Shown here piece after piece: positions 53,005 to 64,000 of a stretch of 64,000 bases of DNA. The DNA lies in NCBI GenBank assembly GCA_037447605.1, contig CM074818.1, positions 1,562,617 through 1,626,616 on the forward strand, read 5' to 3'. The stretch is from Zygnema circumcarinatum SAG 698-1b. Lineage: Eukaryota; Plantae; Zygnematophyceae. Each line of letters begins with the position of its first letter. Position 1 is the stretch's first letter. The notes below the pieces were generated by a model, which was given only the letters and a program-made list of their open reading frames with translations, did not search any database and was not told the DNA's origin. The position numbers and the translations under genes are program-made.

Positions 53005-56000
53005 TCATTGTAGCTGACCTCTGAGGGGAGAGAGATGAAGCATGAGCAGAGCCGCATGTGCTGAGAGCTGATCGGCCAGCTCCACGCTCACCATGGCTGC
53101 CATCTCCCGAGCAGTCAGACGCACCCTCGCCTGCTCCCCCTCCCTCTCCCTCTCCCTCTCCCTAGAGGACCTGACTGACTGGTCGGCCGCAGTTCCACCC
53201 CCCAATGCTATTTTCATGCTTTTGGCTGCCTCCAGCACTCTGGCAGCCACGCTGGCAGGGCTTTCTATGTGGGCAGACGTTTCTGCCACGTCAGCGTCCC
53301 TTTGTGCCTACATGAGGTAGTGCCAGCCCTAATAGCCCAGTTTAGCAGACAGCTCTAAAAAGGGATTAGCAAAGCCCCAAAAAAACAATTCAGCAGACAG
53401 CCAAAAAAACCCAAGAAGCATGTGTAAGATGCACGTTTACTCAGATTAACCAGAAAGAAATCAACTATTCTTACGAGTAGAAGTGTCCATAGCTTGCTCA
53501 CCTTTGCCAACTCATATCGCAGTTTCTGTACTGAAAGAGCGCATTGATGCATACTCTCTATCCCCTCCAACAGCATCGTGTTATCCACTCGCAGCCTGCC
53601 AAGCCTTGCCATGCATCCACATCAGTCCATACTCCTCAAGGGGATTTCACCTCTTACTTGCAAGGGCTAGGTTACAAAGTTAGCTATTTTCATTCAGCTA
53701 TTCAGACTTTGGAAAGGGTAGAGATAACCAGGGATTAGAGAAACAGTATTTCCGGAGGGGAGTTTCTTGGGTCCCTCAGACCCTTAGGTTTGTCAAAGCT
53801 GCTGGGGTTAGGAGAAGGGCCCGTTTCCTTTACAAACAACAGCAGCAGCATCACCAGTACCTTTAGAGGGAGGATTCTAAAGTTTTACGACCTTCAACAC
53901 TTGTAAAGTCTGGTATGCCTTCAGAGCTTTGGATGTTTAGATCAGTTAAAGTATGATCCAGTAAATGAAACCGGACCTGGAGAGAACTCTACTCTACGAC
54001 TCTCCTCGAAATTTCTGATTTCATTGCTTTTTGAGGTTTCTCGAAAAGTCCGACCTGGCAACAATTGACTGCTCTGACGAAGTCCCTCCTCCCACTGTCT
54101 CCCGCCCACTCGCCGACCGTGTGAGCCATGTTGTAATGTAGTTTCCCCCAGGTGGTAGGGAGGGTTGAGACCGAGAAGAAGGAGTCGAATTCGTCAAGGA
54201 CATAGTGCGGTGTGAGGCGAGAGAATCTTGACTTGATGAGTTGGCGAAGTGAGGAGTAAGATTGGCTCCCAACCAGGAGGCAGCCAACATGCGGCCACCC
54301 AGTTTGGTAGTTCGGTGCTGCTGTAGCTCCTCCTCTAACTCTCTGCTTTAACCACAATATTCCCCAAAGGAATTCCGCTTTCTCCCCCTTCAACAATAGC
54401 CTGAACATTCACAATGATGATGGCTGGGATTCTGGGGCCGCTACATCTCAGTTTAAGCCTATTGGATATGAGTGATGCAGCAAAGGGGTTGAGAAAAGCT
54501 GAGGTTTGGCGACAGGAAAGAGGAAAGCTGAGAGTGGTGAAAGGCAGTGTATGAGAAATTGGATACTAATCCTTCTCCTTCTTGAGATTGACCTGAAACA
54601 CCTTCATTATGAAGCTGCGGAATAGGCAAACTTCCAGGAAAATGCCTGCCTGCCTCGCCCTCAGTAATCATTGATGGCTCACTTTTGATGATGTTCGAGA
54701 TCGCCGATTTTCGCCCGCAAGTCGGCTACCAGCATGAAGGCGTTCACCTTCTCTTCCGCTACCTGCTTGCACTCCCACCCCTCAAGAACATGCTGACTGA
54801 CAAGAGAGAGAGGGGGAGAGAGAGAGAGAGAGAGAGAATACCAACTCATTTAACGTACTTATAAGTTATCTGCTGCATTTGAACTTTTTTGAGTACAACA
54901 CTAAGAACATGCCCGCCTAACGGAGTGTTCAGGATAGACACTTTTGCAGAGATCATCGAGTGATTTACAACTAAAAAAAAATCCAGAGAAATAGGATATG
55001 GGCTGCAATCGAAGGGAGTTTCAGTTAACCTACCCGGCTAAGCTTGAGTCGAAAGTCTTCTATCTGCTCCTGCAATCCGGCCATACTACGCATCTCTAAT
55101 AGGTGGCGCTCTTCTTGCTGCGATAAAAAGAGCAATGCCGAGACCTGCACCAAGAGATTTGAGTAGAGAGCGAGAGCAAAATGGAAGAAAGTGAGTCAAT
55201 GAAGGTGATTGCTTCTTGTTTGGAAGGGGTGGGGGGGGGGGGGAGAGTGTAAGAAGTGGAACTGATCCCTTCGCAGTAATTCACACCATACAGACTAGGA
55301 TCGATATTCAGTCAGCTTAAGAGCAATTCTTGGATAGATTGCTAAGATTAATGGGATGATCCAATTCTCATGAGTTAGTGGGTACAACCGGTACCATATT
55401 ACATCACAAACTGCACTTCTAGATAACCTAATTCAGGATTTACCTTTTCCTGCATGGCCTGGGCCAAGACATTGCGGCTTTCTTCATCTTCTGCAGTTCT
55501 TGCTTGAAGCCGCAAACCCATAGAATCATCCGACCCCTGCCTCACAGCCCATATAGAACAAGCCTTAGCCATCAGCTTCAAGTATTTTAAAGTTCTGACA
55601 AACCAGTCATGTTTTTGGATCTGGGCCTTTCATGAACAGACCTATGTCAGCTGATAAAGACTGGAAGGAAAACGTACTGCCAGTGATGGTAATGAATTGC
55701 CCATTTCAATAACTGACTCTACTTGTGACTTTGAAGCACATGCCAAGCTTATGAGACAGGCTACAGGTCCATTAAAAATATAATGTAAAGAAGAAGAATG
55801 CTCATATGAAAAAATGGCTCAGCTCAAAAGACCCCAAAACAAAATTGCAGCTTGAAATCACCCGTCTCACCTCCGATGAACTGTACATCTGATCTCGTTC
55901 AGCCTTTGCCAGTGCCTGGGAAGTAAGCCTCAGTTGCTCTTCCAAAGATTCTCTCGCTCTAACACATCTATCTCTCTCGTTCTCTACTAACTCCTCAGCT

Positions 56001-58704
56001 TCACGGCTACTCCTAATGGCAGCCTGCTCCAATGTCAACTGCACTTGTCGCAGCAAATGCTCCGCTGAGGCCGATATATTTTGTCTCCCGGTATCTAGCA
56101 GGAGGGAAATCTGGAATCTCGCATCTCGTTGCTGACATTTAAACTCTGCTACCTCCCGGCGGACTTGCTCTTTCAGTTGAACCTGCCTCAACAACATTCA
56201 TGGCAATGGACTGTCGAAATTTTGTCAAAGTCTAGAAAATGGAAACACCTTAGGCATATCCCCTCAACAAATTTTGTTCGTTTATTTGTTTGCTTTTAGT
56301 GACTACAAGTAAACGGCAGGCAAAACACTTGAGTGACAGAGGCGTGAACACAACAATGAGGATGGAGATGATAAAGGAAAGACTTGGCTCTATGGGACCC
56401 ACCAAAGCTGCTGAAGTCGATGCTGCGCTTTGTTCAGCCGCTCGCCTTGCGTTAATCACCTGCAGATAAGCAAACGCAATCAAAGTTGGGGCTCAAAATG
56501 CTGAAACAAAATAGAGAAGAAAGAAGTGAGAAATGAACACACTGTAATGAACAAACTGTAAACTTTGCACCTGGAATGGGTTGTAAACCTTGATAGGATA
56601 GGCAGCTCAGGCACTGCAACTGCAAGCTTTCTTGCAGTCAAGGTTGATCTCAGAGATATATCAATGTGAGACCTCAGAAGGAGTAGATTCAGAGGACACT
56701 CACCTCTTCGAGGTCTGCTCCAGCATTTGCCTTCGCTGCTTGGAAACTCTCCAGTCTTGCTCTCATTTCTTCCTGCACCAATGGCCAACATCCTTCCTGT
56801 TACAGCCGTATGCTTTGATGCAATCTTTCGTTGTATTGTTTCCAACAATAGTTTTAAGCTTCATGTTGGCCCTATTCATAACTAGGGATCAGAAAATGCC
56901 ACTGCCTATGTCTACCAGGGGACTGCAAAAATGCCCATTTGCATGCGCTTGAATGAAGGCTCGACCACTCCTCGACTTGCCTCTCATAGATTAGTGTTCC
57001 TCCATGCATTGACTATAGGAAAGCCTTTGATGCAAGGCAATTTCAGCTTCTTGTTATTGACTGTTCGTCACAAAACCTCTTTCTGACTGTTCCGATCCTT
57101 TGAAAGGACCGGGATGGAAAGCAACATAGTTTATAAGAGAACCCAGCGACTTACCAGTTCCTCTTCAAGAAGCGCCAACTTTGAGCTGTTATTATCTTCA
57201 TTCGGGCCCAAATCACCACCACAAGGGGGGCAAAAGAGAGGTCCTTTCTCGGCTTCAAGCAACAGAGCAGCAGCCATATCTCTGGCCTGCAAGGATGCTG
57301 CCTCTCCCGTTGAAGAGGCAACTCTGCCACTGATACTCAACTGGGCCCATACACATTGCAACGCCTGCATGCAGGAAATACAAGTTTTTCTTTCAATGTT
57401 TTCTCTTTCATCAATATAACTTTTATTCTTTTATCAATATCTCTTTCTTGCATATCTCGTTCATGGTACAGTTTCTTTGTGAAACTGTACTTACATGCCA
57501 GCAGGTGCAAATGTCCCTTTTTAATTTTATTCCTTTGCATGCAATTTGACATTGGGCACAATATCCACTTTATGGGAAAGCTTGCACGAGACAATTTAGC
57601 GGCTCCCAGTGTTGATCGATGAATTACAAAGCAGCACAGCCCAAGGCTGTAAAAAATTACATACGTCACAGAACTTGGTGAGCTTGATAACAAGGTCAAA
57701 TGTATTGACATGGCCATATCCATAAAAGCTGCTGCTCTCGCTTACTCACTCCCATTGCTCCCCCAATTTCTCCACTTACCAACCTCCTATACAACAAAAT
57801 AACCATTCCCTGTCAACTGCAATACATGCGCTACACTTTGAAGGACGTATGGGTGCACCTTCTTTAAATCATCTCCTAAGGCTGTTACAGATGCCAACTC
57901 GATCTCCCTTTGAGCCTGATCTTCTTCAAGCTGCTTGCATTTGTGCTCCAACTCTTGCACCCTGCCCGTTCCACATTCTCAAATTATGTAGTTTTACTTA
58001 TGTACTTGTACTTGTACTTATGTACTTCCCAGGAAACCAAACAGTTCCAACGAGCATGCAATTCTACGAAGGCCTTCTTTCCACTACAAAGAAAGCGACT
58101 TTTGGTTAACCACCCTCAGCGACATACCGAGCCTGCAAACCGTCTCTTGTGAGAAGCACAGCTTGCAAGTCATCTCCCACTGTCTCCACCTGCAATCAAA
58201 CCGCAGCAAGCAGCCCAATTTGATAAAGGTTTAGACTTTTACATGGGAAAAATTGAAAAACACAAAAACTGCAAAAGTAGATTGACTGCGACACATATCA
58301 TGATGGCAGACCATAGCCACTTTCAAGACGAACAGAAAATAGCAGGCAAAGCCTGCTACAGAAAAAGGTCAGAAGCAGTAAACTACGATCTCAGCTTGTT
58401 GAAATTGGACAGCATAATCCCCCCACCTCCAGAAGTTAAACGCAGTATCCAAAACAATCACTCTAAAGCTAAACAACAATATAATTCATTTCACGATTTC
58501 TTTTCCATCGTTTTACATCTGAGATATAGATGGCACAAGTAGAAAGTTTTGACAAAAGAAAAAAGACGATGACCTCCAAAAGCGCTTCATCTCGCTCCGC
58601 TAAAGCCGTCACAACTTGCGTTTGGTAAAACCTCACATCATTCTCAAGGCGCTTCACCTATGGGCACAAGCGAAGCCACAAAAGAGTCATGAGAGAGGGA
58701 AAAG

Positions 58705-58739
<35 letters not shown>

Positions 58740-60144
58740 GTGAGAAAACAGTTAGTCCTATCGAAGTGCATCACAAACACAAGTTTTGGCATACGAGATG
58801 TTCAGACTCTCTGCAATGTCCGCTAGAACCATTCCAAATCTTATGTCATTCTTCAGCAGTTCAGTCTTCCTCAATATTGGCGGCAGCTTAAGCAAGCCAT
58901 TTAATGCCTGGTATCTGTAATGCATTCCTTGCACACACGCTTGATCTCAGATATTTGAGAGGGATGCAAAAAGAGCAATGCAACCATGCAAACGGTGGCA
59001 ACTGATTGCAGCATTGACTGGCTTGAAGGGTGGGAAAACTGAAGTACATACTTTATCTAGTTGAGCCTTCAAGCTTGCTGTAGCGGACTCCTGCCACCAG
59101 GACCCCCCTGTATTCGCACAGTGAACAACAGCACAAGCTCAAGAAATGAACCGCCCTCCAATTCCGTATCACCAGAACGGCCCAGTTGCCGTTTAGAGCC
59201 CATAATAAATAATCTCATGAATTGATACAATCTTTCTCCGTCCTTATTGCATGCATGAGAGCAATGATTTCAATGTTTGATTGCAATATTCCATTTGCTG
59301 GTCGAGTGCTGCGATGAAGTACTTAGGCAATGCAATCACCTTAGATTTTTGAACACCCGTTAAATCATGTTGCAGGTCTGCATAGTCCATGGTCAGAGAA
59401 GCTACTTTGTTGCGACATGCTGCCAACTCCTCTTCCAAACCTGCAACTCTGAAGCTCAGCCGAAAAGATCTGTTATTATTCACAACGTGCACAGATGCGC
59501 ACACCGACTCACAAGTACAAGAAACCTTGTGCGCTAAATTACAGAACTTTCTCTCCGCTTCCTATTCATGAACGCAAAGTTAAAAATGGACCCAAACGGA
59601 AATCAATCAGCAGACACTGCTCGAGAGGAAGAAAATCAGTCGAAATGATACATGAAGAAGAAGAACAAGACCAACTGATAGGGTGTCGCTTCTTGCATAC
59701 TTGCGGGCTTGCAGCCGTGCCATGATGTCCGTTCCTGAGCAACCTGACTGCTGCTTACAAAGCATCTCCACATCGTTTTGAAGGTCTTTTCGCTCTGAAA
59801 CAAAAAAGTGAAAAATGCAGAAATGCACCAGAAATTTTCCAGTTCTTAAGCAGCAGGAACACGAGGATAGAGTGCTATAACAATGAGTCATCATAATTAA
59901 GGGCCCTACAACAGTACTATCCTCACTGTCATACAGCTCATAGTTCTAGAATGCAGGCAAAGTAGTTTTGAACACGCATTTGTGCGTTTATAACATAATC
60001 ATTCGGATGCAAGATGATACATAAGAGTGTGTCTTCCCTACCTTATCATAGATATTATTTTTTATTTAGGGAAAAGTGCTTCACACCTGCTTCCAGCTGC
60101 GCAATTTTCAAGGCCATCTCCTCCATTTTTCGACTTGCATCCAT
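53005..60144 (-). CDS. Plant coiled-coil protein resembling Arabidopsis MEE13 / 'myosin heavy chain-related'; multi-exon
   Basis: MDASRKMEEMALKIAQLEA|ERKDLQNDVEMLCKQQSG..MARLQAR; VAGLEEEL; LENDVRFYQTQVVTALAERDEALLE; VLAQAMQEKV; ARLGRLRVDNTMLLEGIESM; EAAKSMKIALGG. The motif order matches my recollection of the MEE13 family; internal exon borders were not all resolved. Confidence 0.75.
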
Positions 60145-60738
60145 TCTTCCAATTTCATCCAAGCCAGAAAACCGAAAAAAACTCATGCAAAAACATCGAA
60201 CTGTTTCCAGAAAGCAACAGATGATTCCTCTCAATCGTAAACGGAAGTGGCATTGATCTCACGATGGTGAGGCCCTCTCAATTAGTTTCATAATATTATC
60301 TGTAGTTTTCGCCAGTTGTAGCTTTCAAATGTGAACCTTTTGCAGGAGAGGGAACGCTGGCGATTCTCGAACGTTGCAACCAACGGCAAAGTAAGCTTCT
60401 TGGACACCCGTCTCGCCTGTGAGAGGACGATTTGGACGACAGTACTTTGTATTCACGGACGCTTTCCGTCTGGGTAAAGTCAATCAAGTCACTTTTTTTC
60501 GTGTGCAGGACTGATGGACTGTTGTGACTGTGATTGCAGTCAGCAGAACACAGAGAGGGTGGTGGGGGGGTATCATGGCTGAGGTCATTTGGGAGTGGCG
60601 GTTTTTCTGAGTTTAAAATATTGATATTGTGGAGGGAGTCTGTGTTCAGCATCTGTGAAAGATTTTAGCTTTGTTGCAGACTGCATATCGACTGCACTTC
60701 ATTGGAAACGTGGTGGCAACTGAGCGGAGGAGGCAGCA
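60145..60738. promoter_or_regulatory. Short (~595 bp) divergent intergenic region shared by the MEE13-like gene and CTR9/VIP6
   Basis: ATG on the minus strand at 60144 and ATG on the plus strand at 60739. Confidence 0.6.
60236..60273 (-). mobile_element. 38-bp terminal fragment of the repeat family flanked by a 9-bp direct repeat (CCTCTCAAT)
   Basis: CCTCTCAAT[CGTAAACGGAAGTGGCATTGATCTCACGATGGTGAGGC]CCTCTCAAT. Confidence 0.65.
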
Positions 60739-63700
60739 ATGGCGACAAACAGATCGATTTTCATTCCTGTACAGAACTCTGCAGAAAAAGTCGAAGTATT
60801 TGTGGATCAGCTGCCGAATCACAACGATGTCTTGGATTTACTGAAGGCTGAGCAAGCCCCGCTGGATATCTGGCTCGCTTTTGCTGTAAGTTGTTCTCCT
60901 CAGTAATTCCTCCTCACATTCTGTCATTTTAAACGGTTATATCAAATATTTTCTACTTTATTAATTCACTCCAAACTCTGGATTTGCGAGTTCTTCAGTA
61001 AACTTCAATTAGCCCTTTCTTGAAAACGGAAGAGCTCGGGACAGCAGGTTGGAGTCTTTACTAGTGGGAAAAGAAAGGGTCTTGCACTTTTCATGTAGAA
61101 AGAAGTGATTTGCTTGAATATTGGTAGAGATAGTTTTCCTGCGATGGTTTTGCAGGTTTTTCCTTGCTGCCATTGTTATACTTCTGATACTTACTCGGTA
61201 CTCTCTTTGAACAGCGTGAATATTTCAAGCGAGGGAAGATTGATTCGTTTCTGGAGGTTCTACAAGAAGGTTCTGGCCCAGGTGAGTGCTGTTTATCTTC
61301 TCCGAGAATGCAAGCCACGTCGTCAGCTCATGGTTGTCAGAATCAATTCTTATAGAAACAAAAGAGCTCCACCGTAGTCACTAGTTAGTTATTAGTTGTT
61401 AGTCAATAGTTTGTCAAGTCCACACTTTCAAGGTCGATATGACGGGAATGTGTCCGAGCGAATGAGAAAAAGCTTTCACATAAAGTAGCATAAACCTAAA
61501 TTTAAACGTGGGACACATGCTGCACTTGTCCATTGGAAGGACTGGAAACATTTACACCACCTCAAAACTTGTTTAATTGTTTAAAAAGAAGGCATTCCCT
61601 TTCTCTTGTTATAGTTCACTTGACAGTGCCATTTGTGAAGTGCACTCTTCGAGGAAATGTTCGCTTAATCCCTTTATCGTAAGGCGAATTGGTGATGACC
61701 TAAACAGAAGTGAGATTGCCAACTTGATATTATGTGATTGAGGAGCAGATACCACAACATCAGAATGCAATTGGTGTGAAAAAGCTTAATGGAATATGGA
61801 CGAGCAATTGTGGACACTTCCCGCTTAGGTTACTTCAGGTTCTCGTGGACAGCATGTGACAGAAAGTTTGGCCATGTTGGCCTATATCCTAAAACCGCAA
61901 ACCTTCATATCGTCCTGCAGAGGTGGATGAATTCTACAGCGATGTAAAATATGAGCGCATAGCGATTCTCAACGCCTTAGGAGCATACTACACCAACTTG
62001 GGCAAAACCAACAAGAGACAGAGAGATGAGTATTTTATCAAGGCTGTTGACTTCTACAATAAAGCGTCACGCATTGACTCTCACGAGCTCACCACATGGA
62101 TTGGCAAAGGTGAGGCTCTCACCGTGTAGCTTCCTCTTGTACGATAAATAATGCTATAAAGCCAAACTGGAGGCTCTGGTGAATATGATTCCGTTTGCTG
62201 CACATGGAGGGTGCCCAATTTCAGTGACTTGACGAATCGAAGGAAGGGAAGCTGGTTATGAATTTGGTTAAATAGGATGTTTGAGGGTGTAACAGGACAG
62301 CTGCAATTGGCAAAAGGTGATTGGGAGCAATCTGCGGAAATGTTTAACATCGTATTGCAAGAGCATCCCAATCATGTCGCTGCGCTCCTTGCTCAGGTGC
62401 TTGTGTCTACCATTTACGTTCGTCAAGCACATTTGTTTTGTGATTCCGAAGCCTTTTGCCCTCTTCGATATTTTGTATCTAGTCGAATGTACTTGTTTCT
62501 TGTGCATCTGAAGAAGACCCGATGTTACTATTCAATCAATGTCATATGACTGTGTTTACACCTGCCATGTACAGGCTTGTGTACTTTTCAACAAAGGAAA
62601 AATACGTGAGGCACTCGCAAATTATAAGGTGATATATATTCTCTTGTTTGCGCCTTCTGGCATTGCATGAAAACTTGCAAGTGTGGTAGAACATACTAAT
62701 GATTGATATTACGAGGTAGACAGTGCAGATATGTCCAGCAAGAAATAGTACGCGCCTTGTCAATTTACTTGTCTGAATCTTGCAACTATGTGTTCCTCTG
62801 CGCAGAAAGTGTTGCAGGTGCATCCACGCTGCACAGCTGCAGTGCGCCTTGGTATTGGTTTGTGCCACTATCGGCTCCGTTTGAGTACTCCCGATCGCGC
62901 TGATTTCCACGCTGCCAAGGCTCGCCAAGCCTTTGAACGAGTGCTGCAGGTGGAGATTGCTGTTCGATTCGACCCTTGAATGAATGAAGCTCGCTGTTTC
63001 GTGGCAGTCGTTTGCCTGAATCCATGTGTTGAAATTTGTTTCTCTGTCAAACAGCAAGACTGGAACACATGGGGCTAACACTTTAGCCTCTCATCCTCTC
63101 TGGGATGATCACTTGATGATAATGTTGATGCAAGCCTGAGAGCTCGTGTTAGGAGGGTGCAGTTGGAGCCGGACAATGTGGAGGGATTGGTGGCCCTGGC
63201 CATGTTGGATATCAACAGTGACGATGGTAAGCGTCAGCTTTTCTTTGTGGAAAACCTCTAATACCTACATAGATTCCATGTTGTGTATATTATTTATAGC
63301 GATGGCTTGCTGGGAATAAGATAGTTTGATTGAGAAGCTTTACAGAGGAGGTTCGGGCTTATATCCAGCCGGTACTGGCAAGGTAAAGGACGATCCCACT
63401 CAGCATTGTGCCATCATGTGTAGTAGGTCTGGACAAAATCAATCCCGCTTATTCAAGGAGAGGGATGACTGGCTATCCACTTCGGAGTGGTTGATTTGTG
63501 TACCATCTCGTAAACAAACAGTGTCACTATCGGGATGGATTTAGGCTGAGCGCTTAGGATGTTGTGGATGCAAGTCTATGGCACCTTCATTTCATCCTCT
63601 CTTGTGGCTTGCATTTCGGCAGTGGAGGTTGTTCAAAAGGCCATTGAGAGGATGAGGCGTGCATTTGAGGCATATCCTTACAATGCCATGGCCCTGAACC

Positions 63701-64000
63701 ATTTGGCAAACCACTATCTCTTCACCGGCCAACATCAGCTTGTAGAAGGCCTAATGGATGCAGCCCTGACCTGCACAAATCACAGCAACATGCGCTCTGA
63801 AAGCTACTACCACTTAGCACGTTCGTTCCATGCAAAGGTATGTCTTTGTACTCCTGGGCGATTTGTATTTACTGCACGAGGGGAGAATAAATTTTCGCCA
63901 AACGGATTGTGGACGTTGTGTGTTTGGTATTAGAGGCTGAACAACTGCATTCTCTTGGAGTTGAGGATATGGTAACTGTATAAGAGAGGAATTCCAGATT
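60739..64000 (+). CDS. CTR9: CTR9/VIP6/ELF8 TPR subunit of the PAF1 complex, 5' part; continues off the window
   Basis: MATNRSIFIPVQNSAEKVEVFVDQLP..DVLDLLKAEQAPLDIWLAFA|REYFKRGK..LQEGSGPEVDEFYSDVKYERIAILNALGAYY; TWIGKGQLQLAKG; AAVRLGIGLC; AMALNHLANHYLFTGQHQLVE..SESYYHLARSFHAK. Confidence 0.95.

Overview
Eukaryotic, intron-rich green-plant DNA, most consistent with a streptophyte alga (inferred from the class II LBD gene, plant-type MAP3K-epsilon, VARICOSE and NDC1, a cyanobacterial-type plastid radical SAM gene, and GA/CT-rich introns). Nine spliced protein genes can be reconstructed by hand: MAP3K-epsilon (minus, runs off the left edge); a transit-peptide-bearing TIGR03960-type radical SAM fused to a DUF2344/TIGR03936-type domain (minus); VARICOSE/EDC4; NDC1 (cut by a gap); a 5'-partial TIM22; RACK1; a class II LBD; an MEE13-like coiled-coil protein; and CTR9/VIP6 (runs off the right edge). 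Most ORFs in the supplied track are low-complexity artefacts. The main points of interest: (1) the uncharacterised plastid-targeted radical SAM fusion, with an MSA/G-box array upstream; (2) an unclassified ~180-bp dispersed element with a conserved end and stem-loop, found in inverted pairs in intergenic DNA, one copy hosting a nested MITE; (3) fixed-spacing CCAAT-N10/N15-CACG composite motifs upstream of four genes; (4) TTAGGG-derived arrays next to splice sites; (5) several GC-AG introns. A 1,267-bp-offset tandem duplication flanking a 10-N gap is probably an assembly artefact. Family assignments are from recalled motifs; no database search was run.
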